DNA of 64,000 bases from Chlamydiota bacterium (GCA_013288895.1 JABDAY010000002.1:16154-80153); one strand, 5' to 3'; shown: positions 26,436 through 35,554, counted from the first letter of the stretch. The notes: generated from the sequence alone by a model not told the origin. Numbers and translations: made by a program.

Positions 26436-26540
26436 AAATATATTTAATCTTTATCCCGTTAGGGATTATGGTTTATAGCCAGGGATGAAATCCCTGGAAT
26501 TGGATCAATTCATGATGAGACCCAGCGGGGGCGCTACCTT
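26436..26540 (+). repeat. R element copy 3
   Basis: See 21991-22095. It abuts the stop of the Pro-rich ORF. Confidence 0.6.
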
Positions 26541-27046
26541 TCGTGAACGTTTGCGTTTGCGTATCTGGCTTCCAGACGCAGATAAGTGAGGAATAAATAA
26601 TTGTTTCCACTTTCTACTTCAGGAGACAGAGGAACAAAAGACAGGGGAACTTCCGCAGCTGAAGCAGAAGCAGCGGGAGGGGAGTCCGACATGTCGTAGG
26701 CAGCTTCTGTTCTATCTGGGCTAGCAGGTGCTTGTTGAGATAATTCTGCAAGCATTCTTGCGTCCTCATCTAAGGGCTCATCAAAAAAAAGAGTCCCTGG
26801 TATATTAGTAGGGGGAAGCGGAGGCAAAGGAAGGGGAGGTTTAACAAAGGGAAAAGCAGGAAGAGGGAGGAGTGGAACATAAGGATTCCCGATTCTATTA
26901 TTAACAGAAGAAATAAAAGGGGGAGGTTGTGGAACATAAGGAAGGATATTAAAAAGGCCAGGAGGAGCAAAAGCTGGCGGAATGGGCCTTATCGGAATGG
27001 GTCTTATGGCAGCTGCAGGTTGTTCTGTTGTTAAGGAACTTGTCAT
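26534..27046 (-). CDS. Proline-rich protein (possible host-interaction effector)
   Basis: 170 aa: IRPIPIRPIPPAFAPPGLFNILPYVPQPPPF..PLLPLPAFPFVKPPLPLPPLPP. The C-terminal half is acidic. Confidence 0.5.
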   Translation of the reverse strand: MTSSLTTEQPAAAIRPIPIRPIPPAFAPPGLFNILPYVPQPPPFISSVNNRIGNPYVPLLPLPAFPFVKPPLPLPPLPPTNIPGTLFFDEPLDEDARMLAELSQQAPASPDRTEAAYDMSDSPPAASASAAEVPLSFVPLSPEVESGNNYLFLTYLRLEARYANANVHER

Positions 27047-27219
27047 ATTTCTCCTTTTGGGTTGTTTCTGCCTTCCATTGTAGGTAGTAAATCATTAAAA
27101 GTCAAGAGATTATTTCCTTAAGCTGCTCTTGCTACAACTCATTAATAATCATCAGAATAACATACATATACCAATTAAAGGCTTGATTTTTGGATGGGGT
27201 CTTGTTATTTTCTTTGGGT

Positions 27220-27861
27220 ATGCAAGAGCTAAAAATTTTATTTCAGAATAACGAGGAATGGGCTGAAGCTAAGACCAAGCAGGACCCAGAGTATTTTAAA
27301 AGGCTGGCGAAAAACCAAAAGCCTCTTTATCTGTGGATTGGGTGTTCTGATAGCCGAGTTCCTGCCAATGAGATTGTAGGGCTAGGCGGGGATGAGCTCC
27401 TGGTTCACCGCAATGTTGCTAATATCTTTCCTCATACCGACTTTAACTGCCTTTCTGTCTTAGAATTCGCTGTGAATATTCTCAAGGTAAAGCATGTGAT
27501 TGTCTGCGGCCATTACGGGTGCAACGGGGTAAAGGCCGCAATGGAGGACCACCACCTAGGTCTTGTCGATAATTGGCTAAGGCATATCAGAGATGTCTAT
27601 GCGCGCCATAAAGAAGAATTAGAAAAGATCGATGATCAGCACACTCGCCATAACCGCCTTGTGGAATTGCACGTGCTCCAGCAGGTCTTAAACGTCTGCC
27701 ACACCACCATTGTCCAAGATGCCTGGTTTCATAAGCAGCCCCTTTATGTCCATGGCTGGGTCTATGACATGGAGACTGGCAGGTTGAAGGACATGAACTG
27801 TTGCCTATCAGCCATCGATCAATTAGAGTCTATCTACCGAGTCCTCCCACCCAATAAATAA
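27220..27861 (+). CDS. Beta-class carbonic anhydrase
   Basis: LWIGCSDSRVPANEI, LLVHRNVANI and VIVCGHYGCNGVKAA (Cys/His/Cys Zn ligands). ATG at 27220 preferred over TTG at 27190. Confidence 0.88.
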   Translation: MQELKILFQNNEEWAEAKTKQDPEYFKRLAKNQKPLYLWIGCSDSRVPANEIVGLGGDELLVHRNVANIFPHTDFNCLSVLEFAVNILKVKHVIVCGHYGCNGVKAAMEDHHLGLVDNWLRHIRDVYARHKEELEKIDDQHTRHNRLVELHVLQQVLNVCHTTIVQDAWFHKQPLYVHGWVYDMETGRLKDMNCCLSAIDQLESIYRVLPPNK

Positions 27862-27914
27862 ATCTCTTGAATAATTTAGTTTAATATGCCAAACTAAAAT
27901 TAGGCGAGGTATTT

Positions 27915-28133
27915 ATGTTAATTGAGATTTTTTTGGGTATAATTGCTGGTTCTTTTCTGATTTTGGCTATATATCTGATTGTCATTGGCTGCACCCTAAA
28001 AAAGACACTTACCGATGCCGATGAGTTGATTCGGGATCTAAAGCATAAATCAAAATCGATAGACCCCCTTTTTCATATTGCGCAGTGGGTGAATGAGGGG
28101 CTGAAAATCGTTAAAAATTTAAAGGACAGGTAA
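27915..28133 (+). CDS. Small membrane protein (DUF948-like)
   Basis: 72 aa with an N-terminal TM followed by an amphipathic helix. First gene of a tight three-gene set. Confidence 0.45.
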   Translation: MLIEIFLGIIAGSFLILAIYLIVIGCTLKKTLTDADELIRDLKHKSKSIDPLFHIAQWVNEGLKIVKNLKDR

Positions 28134-28137
28134 AAAC

Positions 28138-28434
28138 ATGGATTATGATAAAGACCAGGTCAATATCATTCTCACTGGGGCTGTTATAGGCGGAATTTTA
28201 GGGGTAGGGGTAGCCTATTTAATGCAGTCATCGGAAAAACCCACTGTTTTTTGTTCTTTTGGGAGAATTATCAGACATTTGGGCGATGCCGTAGAGAAGG
28301 GGACAGAAAAAGGAGAGCATTTCGTCCATAACGCAGAACAAAAGATTAAAAAAGAAGAGCCTCTACTTGCCAATATTATTGTCATTGCAGCAGCAGGAGT
28401 AGAGCTTTGGAAAACACTAAAAAAGGGAGGATAA
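28138..28434 (+). CDS. YtxH-like small stress protein
   Basis: The Gly-zipper TM LTGAVIGGILGVGVAYLM is followed by a charged helix. Confidence 0.45.
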   Translation: MDYDKDQVNIILTGAVIGGILGVGVAYLMQSSEKPTVFCSFGRIIRHLGDAVEKGTEKGEHFVHNAEQKIKKEEPLLANIIVIAAAGVELWKTLKKGG

Positions 28435-28435
28435 T

Positions 28436-28639
28436 ATGGCTGGCAAAGGATTCTTGACAGGAGCAGCTTTAGGCGCAGCGGTTGCCTACTTGTTCAACAC
28501 TAAAAAAGGGAAAAAAATCCGTCACGATTTGAAAAAACGGGGCGTTGTTCGCAAAGCGGTCTCAGTATTTAAAAAAACCACTAAACTTGCTAGGCGCAAA
28601 AAACATCATCGTTTGGTAAAGCGAAGACGCGCTGCTTAA
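28436..28639 (+). CDS. YtxH-like small basic protein
   Basis: MAGKGFLTGAALGAAVAYLFNTKKGKKIRHDLKKRG. It starts 1 nt after the preceding stop. Confidence 0.5.
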   Translation: MAGKGFLTGAALGAAVAYLFNTKKGKKIRHDLKKRGVVRKAVSVFKKTTKLARRKKHHRLVKRRRAA

Positions 28640-28861
28640 TAGAGGTCTTATGAAGAAGATTTCCTATTAATTGCCATTTTTAAATTTAAATGCCACTCGA
28701 AAAGAAGCTTGACCCATAAATTATAAGTCATTGCGGCTTAATGGTTTTTATCTAATATCATAACAATTATTTCTATTAATACAATTAATGCATATTTTAC
28801 TTGTTTATAATTCTAACTTATAATAAAATTTATATAAAGAAACCAAAAAAGGAGAAAAATT

Positions 28862-29839
28862 ATGAGTGGTTCAACACCATCATCAGCTTTACTAGGACTC
28901 CCAACCCCTCCGAAAACCCCTCAAGGGCCGCCTGTACCTAACTTATCCTCGAGCAAAAACGAGCGTTTCCATATCGCCAATGTGCATCCTTTAGATGGTG
29001 TAGATGGTGAAGGTGCTTCATTGGATGATCCGTACAAAGGGAAGCTGCCAAAAAGAAGTGGCTGGACCTGGGTAGCCGGTCTTGTTTTAGTACTAGGCAT
29101 TGCCACACTTGTAGGCAGCCTTTCTCTCGGTCTGTCGTCAAACAGTCTCACAAAACCTCTTCTTGGTCTATCAACCTCTGAATTTATTGCTATCCCCGTT
29201 GCTGGAGGAGTTGCAGCACTGGCTGGTGGCGCAGCGCTATTGATTCTCAATAGGCACCATAAAGTTGCCGATGCTAACCAAAGGCTAGTTCTTGATCAGA
29301 TCGTGGGCCATGTCGCACTACCAGATGACGTACAACTGCGCAGAAGACGCGGGCGCAATCTCGATCACGTTCGATTCACTGTCCCCGGTCAGCCTCAATC
29401 TTCTCCATCTCCAGCCCCAAAGGAGGGCAATGACAAGAATAGACTAAGTGCAATCTACCCTAGAACGAGAGAACAGCCATCTGCGCCCGTCACACGCCGC
29501 TTGACGCTTGAAGAACAGCACGCCGCTTGGAAGGCTTCCTTTACGGCTAATATAGGCAGCCTTCAGGCTGGTATGAACAAGCTTCAGGCTGGTATAGACA
29601 CCGTTCGGGCTGATATACACAGAGATTGGGCTACCTTAACCCACCTTCAAGCTAGTGCTAGCACAGAGCCTGATATAAGTGGCGACAAGGTCGCGAGAAT
29701 AGACGAACTACCCACCCCGGTTTCCGAAGACGAAGCAGGGGACCCCTCTCAGCCTCTCATCCCAGGACAGTCACCTAGAAGTGCTTCACCGGAAGTCGAG
29801 ATCCCGGGACTACAAGAAGTCTTTCTGAATGGAGAATAG
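28862..29839 (+). CDS. Inc-like protein: Pro-rich N-terminus, bilobed hydrophobic domain, long C-terminal tail
   Basis: WTWVAGLVLVLGIATLVGSLSLGL - 15 aa - FIAIPVAGGVAALAGGAALLIL. Strong RBS AAAGGAGAAAAATT-ATG. Confidence 0.5.
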   Translation: MSGSTPSSALLGLPTPPKTPQGPPVPNLSSSKNERFHIANVHPLDGVDGEGASLDDPYKGKLPKRSGWTWVAGLVLVLGIATLVGSLSLGLSSNSLTKPLLGLSTSEFIAIPVAGGVAALAGGAALLILNRHHKVADANQRLVLDQIVGHVALPDDVQLRRRRGRNLDHVRFTVPGQPQSSPSPAPKEGNDKNRLSAIYPRTREQPSAPVTRRLTLEEQHAAWKASFTANIGSLQAGMNKLQAGIDTVRADIHRDWATLTHLQASASTEPDISGDKVARIDELPTPVSEDEAGDPSQPLIPGQSPRSASPEVEIPGLQEVFLNGE

Positions 29840-30101
29840 GCACCAGCCGCACAAAGCAGCGCTGCTGATGGCGAAAAAAAAGATCCTGCTTAATGACACG
29901 AACTTTCCCATAGCCCAACGGGCTAAAACTACGTAGCCTGGGGCATCGCCCCAGGAGAATGATGCTACAAAAATGCAGCCTGTAGGGCTGCAAGAAAGCA
30001 TGAAAATATTTAATTTATAATAATTTCTATTTTAGGTGAATGGAATTCTTTCCCCATAGTAAAATGTACACATTAGAAATACCCTATCAAGGAGAAAAGT
30101 T

Positions 30102-30698
30102 ATGAGTACCTCATTACAGGCGTCACTGCCGTCACTACCATTACAGCCGCCACCATCGTCATTGCCGTCCAGCCCCCCAGCAGCGCACACACGCGCCCGT
30201 CTCCATGAGAATCCTATAAGTTCACCAGACCCTGCAATGACGCCAGCTGCAGGCCTTCGTGGCAGAGCAGTCCCCACTACCTCACTAAGGACACATCTTG
30301 ACTGGATCCATTCACTATCACAGCCACAACGAGCCGCCGGAGTTCAACATACTGTTTCTGATGAATATGAATGCAAATATGATCCTCCTCCTTCACTTAG
30401 TCCCGACGGTGAACGAGCCGCAGAGGAATTAGTAGGAGTGCCTTTTCCACTTCCTCCACCAATAACACCTGGGGGGACTGGAACAGATAAATGCCCTAAA
30501 TGGCTCTATGTGGCTCTCGCTGCATTGATCGTAGGGCTGGCAGCAATAGCCTTAGGAGTTGCATGCGCTTACAATGCGAACCTTCCTAGCATCCTTCTGC
30601 AACAAAAAGTTTGGATCCCCTTAGTTGCCGGCGGCGGAGCGCTAGTACTAGCTTCTTTTGCTTACCCAGTAGTTCGCTGCCTCAGAAAGCACAGCTAA
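30102..30698 (+). CDS. Inc-like protein: Pro/Ser-rich N-terminus, C-terminal bilobed hydrophobic domain
   Basis: WLYVALAALIVGLAAIALGVACAY - 12 aa - VWIPLVAGGGALVLASFAYPVV. Confidence 0.5.
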   Translation: MSTSLQASLPSLPLQPPPSSLPSSPPAAHTRARLHENPISSPDPAMTPAAGLRGRAVPTTSLRTHLDWIHSLSQPQRAAGVQHTVSDEYECKYDPPPSLSPDGERAAEELVGVPFPLPPPITPGGTGTDKCPKWLYVALAALIVGLAAIALGVACAYNANLPSILLQQKVWIPLVAGGGALVLASFAYPVVRCLRKHS

Positions 30699-32200
30699 GG
30701 TTCTTTGGCGGGTTCGGCTTCAGGCTCGGGGGCAGGGGGAGTAGAGAAGGAGAACTGCTTGTTGAGGGAGCGGACGGATAAGATCCAGAAGAGGACTGTG
30801 CAGGCGACAACTGGTATGAGAAAATGGGTGATCGATAGAACTGAACCGGTGCCTGCGATTTGGATGAGAATGATTTGAAGCCAGGCGGCGCCCGATTTTC
30901 CGAGGCGTGAGCCGACAACGTCAATCGCAGCTTTCCCTTTAACCTTTGATTCTGGATCTAATGGGATAAACGCCATCTCTTTTGTCTGGTCGAAAAATGT
31001 GTATTTCATGATCTTGCTAATCCCGTTTTGAAATGCTCCAAAAAGAACAATCGCTACAAGAGAGCCTGGGCCTAAACTGTCCCGGAAAAGGAAGAGGAAC
31101 AAAAAGAGAAGGCTTGCAAAACCGATAAAAATAGGGGGCAGCTGAGCGGAAAAATGCCAGCCCATGCGCCGGAAAACGATGCCAGAACAAAACAGGGAAA
31201 CAAGGAAGGTGCAGACTCCAACCCAAGAGGTGATACCTGCCATGAACGTTTGATATGAGGCGGTGTCGGGGTAGACCATTTTTACGTTGGCTTTCCAGGT
31301 GACCTCAATAAGATTAAGTGTCAGGCCATAGGCTATGACGATAATGGCGATGTATCTGAGGGGTTTTGAGCGGTAAATAAATTTTATACTTTCTTTCAGG
31401 CTAAGCTTAGTTTTTTGTTCAATTTCCGCGTCTTTACGTTCAGGTTGAAAGAGACGGGGATCTTTGACAATAGAACGGGTAAGTCTCCAGTGGAGGATGA
31501 GGATTGCAGCTCCGAAACACAAAATACAAAGAATGATATGACGGAGCGAGGTCTCAAAATCGGCCCCTAGATGACCTTTTGTGAAATAAATCACAATCGG
31601 GCCTGTAAAAACCATCGCCAAATCGCCGCCGGCCAAGAAAATATTATAGCTTCTTTTAGCTTCATTCAGGTTGCAGATATGGTTTACAAACCCCCAAAAC
31701 AGGAGAAAAAAGGCGATCTGCCCCCACAGCTCAGAAACGACGAAGAAGAGAGACTGGATCCAATTGCGGTAGATAGAGATCCAATGGCTGTTTTCTTGGC
31801 CTAAATAGCCCAGAAGCTTATCTGCGCTCGCGTGCGGGGATAGGGTCTCCAAGTTGGGGTATAGGACAAACCCGTAAAGAAAGAAAAACATCATAAAAAA
31901 TATGATAATGCCATAGAACAGGGTGGAGCGCTTAAAAATATTAGTTAGCTTTGAATAAAGGAGGGCAGTGAGCATAAAGACGGGCAGGACAATCCACCCC
32001 TTTAAAACGGGGATCACCTCAGCCCCGCCCCCTCGAGCGGTAACGACAGAAGCATCCTTCATTGTCGTGACAAACCCGTAGACCATTGCAATAAAAAATT
32101 TGATAAAAAAGAGGGGCGCGATCTTCTTAAGCTCAAACCGTTGGATCGGCCAAAACTGTTCTCTCCATCTGCGCAGTAAAGATTTTCCTTTCTCTTGCAT
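30695..32200 (-). CDS. Nucleotide transporter, NTT/Tlc (ATP:ADP antiporter) family
   Basis: 501 aa, ~12 TM. The N-terminus RFELKKIAPLFFIKFFIAMVYGFVTTMKDASVV is characteristic of chlamydial and rickettsial Npt/Tlc proteins. Confidence 0.88.
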   Translation of the reverse strand: MQEKGKSLLRRWREQFWPIQRFELKKIAPLFFIKFFIAMVYGFVTTMKDASVVTARGGGAEVIPVLKGWIVLPVFMLTALLYSKLTNIFKRSTLFYGIIIFFMMFFFLYGFVLYPNLETLSPHASADKLLGYLGQENSHWISIYRNWIQSLFFVVSELWGQIAFFLLFWGFVNHICNLNEAKRSYNIFLAGGDLAMVFTGPIVIYFTKGHLGADFETSLRHIILCILCFGAAILILHWRLTRSIVKDPRLFQPERKDAEIEQKTKLSLKESIKFIYRSKPLRYIAIIVIAYGLTLNLIEVTWKANVKMVYPDTASYQTFMAGITSWVGVCTFLVSLFCSGIVFRRMGWHFSAQLPPIFIGFASLLFLFLFLFRDSLGPGSLVAIVLFGAFQNGISKIMKYTFFDQTKEMAFIPLDPESKVKGKAAIDVVGSRLGKSGAAWLQIILIQIAGTGSVLSITHFLIPVVACTVLFWILSVRSLNKQFSFSTPPAPEPEAEPAKEP

Positions 32201-32215
32201 TCAGCCAATAGTACC

Positions 32216-32239
32216 AGCACTAGCATAAAAATGCTAGTG
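32216..32239. terminator. Perfect 10-bp hairpin GCACTAGCAT-AAAA-ATGCTAGTGC between dsbB and the NTT gene
   Basis: Read directly. It lies 16 nt upstream of the NTT start codon (minus sense). Confidence 0.4.
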
Positions 32240-32245
32240 CGAAAA

Positions 32246-32332
32246 GGATGAACGATGAACATAAGAGGGAAAGAAGAAGAGAACTTAAGTCTCTTTCTTT
32301 CTTCCGCTCATTACTCATTACTCATCGTTCAT
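32246..32332. repeat. PAL-E imperfect palindrome: GATGAACGATGA..GA-rich..loop..mirror, with CATTACT units
   Basis: GATGAACGATGAACATAAGAGGGAAAGAAGAAGAGAACTT / AAGTCTCTTTCTTTCTTCCGCTCATTACTCATTACTCATCGTTCATC. It starts 8 nt after the dsbB stop. Confidence 0.55.
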
Positions 32333-32340
32333 CACTTCCC

Positions 32341-32871
32341 TTATGGTTGCGGCCAGGGGACATCTTTACAGAAGCCCAGCGCGCATTCATCAAAGGTAGT
32401 AATAAAATTTAAAAGTGTTAGAATAAATACGAGCGCGAAAGCGCCGTGCTCGAACCAGTTCATTTTAGATGTATCCTTGTCGCTTTGGGCCTCGAGAAAA
32501 AGGAGGAGAATAATGCCAATGATGGAGGAGCAAAAAGTGAGGAAAGCCCATGTGTAGAGACTGAGGCCCAATACTGGGTAACCAAAGACGGGAGAGCCTG
32601 GGCAAAGGTGGAGGAGAAGTTGGCGTATAGAGACAGATCCTCCAACAAAAGCAGACAAGAGGGAGAAGGCATAATGGGCAGGCTGTATTCCAAAACGGAG
32701 GTTAAGGAGCGCTCCAGTAGCGACACCGATCATCCCCAGTCTTTGCAACAAGCAAAGAGGGCAGGGAGTTTCATGCCTGGAGTACTGTTGGAAATAGGCG
32801 GCTAAAATACTTCCCATCAGAATGAGAGCCATGAGAGCATTTAATGTTCTGCTAAGTCTTATTTTTGTCAT
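32341..32871 (-). CDS. dsbB: Disulfide bond formation protein B
   Basis: Start at MTKIRLSR (32871). ETPCPLCLLQRLGMIG (the CxxC..QR motif), a second Cys pair in LCPGS..FCSS, and 4 TM segments. Confidence 0.75.
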   Translation of the reverse strand: MTKIRLSRTLNALMALILMGSILAAYFQQYSRHETPCPLCLLQRLGMIGVATGALLNLRFGIQPAHYAFSLLSAFVGGSVSIRQLLLHLCPGSPVFGYPVLGLSLYTWAFLTFCSSIIGIILLLFLEAQSDKDTSKMNWFEHGAFALVFILTLLNFITTFDECALGFCKDVPWPQP

Positions 32872-33027
32872 AAATTTATGTTGAGTGTGCTGGTTGCATG
32901 GTGAATAAACATGGCAATACAAAGGAGGATTGTGATTAATCCTAGGGTAATGGCGTAAGTTCTCCTGCCAAAAAAGGCAAAAAGTTGTGTTACGAGAAAG
33001 AGAAAAAACAATCCCACCATCATATAA

Positions 33028-33408
33028 TTACCTCTTTAGACTACAAGGGCCTGAACCAAAATACGCAATCAGTAGTGCTCCTCCGAGCATGGAGAGGTTC
33101 TTTAAAAAATGCACTTGCTGCATACTTGCCATCATTGGATCAGGGAGCCCCCAAAATTTATGCATTGTAAGTGTTACTGGGATCAAAAAAAGAACAATGA
33201 GACAAGCTCCTATTTTGGCCATATAACCGAGTAAAATGCTTAGTCCTCCTAAGATTGCTATCACTCCGGACAGCGGAACTAATAGATTTGCCATAGGCAA
33301 ACCCATAGTAGATGCATATTCGATTGTTTTAGAAGAAAAATGGCCGAATCCCGCCATAATAAATATTGCTGAATAAAATAACCTACCAAGAACAACTACA
33401 TATCTCAT
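33028..33408 (-). CDS. DoxX family membrane protein
   Basis: LGRLFYSAIFIMAGFGHF..AILGGLSILLGYMAKIGACLIVLFLIPVTLTMHKFW. 126 aa. Confidence 0.8.
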   Translation of the reverse strand: MRYVVVLGRLFYSAIFIMAGFGHFSSKTIEYASTMGLPMANLLVPLSGVIAILGGLSILLGYMAKIGACLIVLFLIPVTLTMHKFWGLPDPMMASMQQVHFLKNLSMLGGALLIAYFGSGPCSLKR

Positions 33409-33489
33409 AAGATCTCCCTTTTTTTTCTTAGATAACGGATGGGGGGAATTAAGACAAGAAAAGAAGAAGAAGAGGAAGAAGAAGAGGAA

Positions 33490-33549
33490 GATCGGTTACG
33501 CATACGGTTACGGGGGACTCAAGGCAATAACCCTCTTCCGTAACCGATC
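33490..33549. repeat. PAL-C element: GATCGGTTACGCATACGGTTACGGG..CCGTAACCGATC, framed by (GAA/GAG)n and (TTC)n
   Basis: The left arm is intact and the right arm shortened. It lies in the divergent DoxX/MFS intergenic region. Confidence 0.6.
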
Positions 33550-33589
33550 TTTTCTTCCCCTTTTTCTCCTATTAATGTATTAAGATCCT

Positions 33590-34843
33590 ATGACCCACGG
33601 AAAGACTCAGTCCCTCCGCTTTGCGATTGTGGCAACGGTCGTAGGCAACACGCTTGAATGGTTTGACTTGGCCCTTGTGGGGGTGCTTGCCCCTTTATTC
33701 GCACAATTGTTTTTCCCTCCCAATTCTTCTCCATCTTATCCCCTTTTGTTTTTTGCTCTAAGCGCCTTTGCGAGACCAATCGGGGGATTTGTTTTTGGGC
33801 GGCTCGGTGATAGGTCAGGCAGGAAAAATGCCTTAGTGAGAACTGTCATGTTAATGACGGTTCCGGTTTTTCTTTTGGCCCTCTTGCCCTCTTATAATGA
33901 GATAAAGGACCTGGCTATCGTCGTCCTTGCAATTGTTTGCTTGCTTCAAGGGTTTTCAATAGGAGGGGAGTTTCCAGGTTCGATTGTTTTTCTTGTAGAG
34001 ACAGCTCCTAAGAAATTACGAGGATACGTTGGAAGCTTTGCTTACTTTGGCGCCTTATTAGGAATGCTTATTTCCAGTTCTGATCTATACTTTATCGACA
34101 AAAATACTACAGGCTCTTATTTTGACATGTGGGGTTGGCGTTTTCCTTTTATTATTGGTACAGTGCTAGGCGTCATCGCTATCTTTTTTCGAATGGCGCT
34201 TAGGGAAACTCCTATTTTTAAAGAAGAAATGAAAACGGGCGCCATCATTAAAAGTCCTGTTTTAACTTCATTTAAACATAGCAAGCAGCTTATTTTAGGG
34301 TTGTGGATTTTCATGCTAGATGCGGTGGGATTTAATTTGATCATCATCTTTTCTTCCCACTACTTCACAACGGTTTTAGGACTCACCCTGAGACAGGCAT
34401 TCTTGATAAACGCCTTCACAGTATCGTGCGCCTTGATTGCCATTCCCATTGCCGGCAAGCTTTCAAATCACTGGGGCGCTTATAAACTCAGTAGGTGGGC
34501 AGCATCTGCAATGGTTGTGCTAGTATTTCCTCTTTATCTAATGATGAATCCTCAAACACTTTGGACCATTTATTTTGCGCAAGGAGTCCTTGCAGTCCTT
34601 TTATCGCTATATCTAGCCAATCTTCCAGCGATCGTCGCCGATCTCTTTCCCCCGCCTGTCCGTTATTCCTCAGCCGCGATTGTCACAAACTTTTCCGTAG
34701 CTCTCTTTGGCGGCACAGCGCCCCTGCTCGTTGCCTATCTCATTGACCATACCAAATTCCACCCACTTCCAGCCCTCTATATCATCGCAGGCGCCCTCAT
34801 CTCACTCTTCGCTCTCCGCAAACAGGCTCTCCTTTTCCGATAG
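33590..34843 (+). CDS. MFS transporter, metabolite:H+ symporter (ProP-like) family
   Basis: VGNTLEWFDLALVGVLAPLFAQLFFP and GRLGDRSGRKNAL. 417 aa, ~12 TM. Confidence 0.8.
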   Translation: MTHGKTQSLRFAIVATVVGNTLEWFDLALVGVLAPLFAQLFFPPNSSPSYPLLFFALSAFARPIGGFVFGRLGDRSGRKNALVRTVMLMTVPVFLLALLPSYNEIKDLAIVVLAIVCLLQGFSIGGEFPGSIVFLVETAPKKLRGYVGSFAYFGALLGMLISSSDLYFIDKNTTGSYFDMWGWRFPFIIGTVLGVIAIFFRMALRETPIFKEEMKTGAIIKSPVLTSFKHSKQLILGLWIFMLDAVGFNLIIIFSSHYFTTVLGLTLRQAFLINAFTVSCALIAIPIAGKLSNHWGAYKLSRWAASAMVVLVFPLYLMMNPQTLWTIYFAQGVLAVLLSLYLANLPAIVADLFPPPVRYSSAAIVTNFSVALFGGTAPLLVAYLIDHTKFHPLPALYIIAGALISLFALRKQALLFR

Positions 34844-35554
34844 CTTGAGATATTTATAGAAAGCTGTGTGGGCGTTATAGCTTGAAATGATGTAGCCCTC
34901 TTTCCCACCTAAAAAACCCCTTTTTAGAACATAGCTTTTAAAGAAGGCGAACTTCGAGTGGAGGATCGCCTTTAGGAGGGAGCTTTTCCCTTTTTTGTGC
35001 TGGGCAAAGAGGGTGGTGTAGGCCTGCATCTTGTGGAGAAAGTCGTTCATTTCCCGATAAGGGACATGGATCATCGAGTTTTTAAGAGCTATGACTTTAA
35101 GCCCATTAATTAAAATTTTTTCGTGGACCATCGCATCATTAAACTTAGTTTGTTTCCTATGATATAAGCGAGCTACCCAATCTGGATGCCATCCGCCGCA
35201 CCATTTAATATGTTTGCCGTTGAAGTAGTTGTGGCGTTGTATGGAGTAAACAGCTTTTGTGGAAAGGGAAAGGGATTGGATCTCTTCAATGAGGGGCGGA
35301 GATAATATCTCATCGCTGTCAATCGAGAGGATCCAGTCGTTTTTTGCAAGGGAGGTAGCGAGGTTGTGCGATGGCCCAAAGCCTATAAAAGGGGAGTGGT
35401 GGATGGTAACATTGGGAAAGCTTTTAGCCACCTCTAATGTATCGTCGGTTGATCCTGTGTCTAAAATAATCACTTCGTCAAATGAACTGGCCGACTCGAG
35501 CGTCCTACCCAAGCAGCGGCCACAGTTCTTTGTCAATATCGTCACCGAAATCAT
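34802..35554 (-). CDS. Glycosyltransferase family 2
   Basis: ISVTILTKNCGRCLGRTLESASSFDEVIILDTGSTDDT..ILSIDSDEIL. 250 aa. Confidence 0.8.
   Translation of the reverse strand: MISVTILTKNCGRCLGRTLESASSFDEVIILDTGSTDDTLEVAKSFPNVTIHHSPFIGFGPSHNLATSLAKNDWILSIDSDEILSPPLIEEIQSLSLSTKAVYSIQRHNYFNGKHIKWCGGWHPDWVARLYHRKQTKFNDAMVHEKILINGLKVIALKNSMIHVPYREMNDFLHKMQAYTTLFAQHKKGKSSLLKAILHSKFAFFKSYVLKRGFLGGKEGYIISSYNAHTAFYKYLKLSEKESLFAESEE

Noticed and set aside
34802-34843. The 42-nt convergent overlap of the MFS transporter and the GT2 gene, as a sign of frameshift or fusion.
   Set aside because: Both proteins look complete at their C-termini. The overlap is probably genuine and unremarkable.
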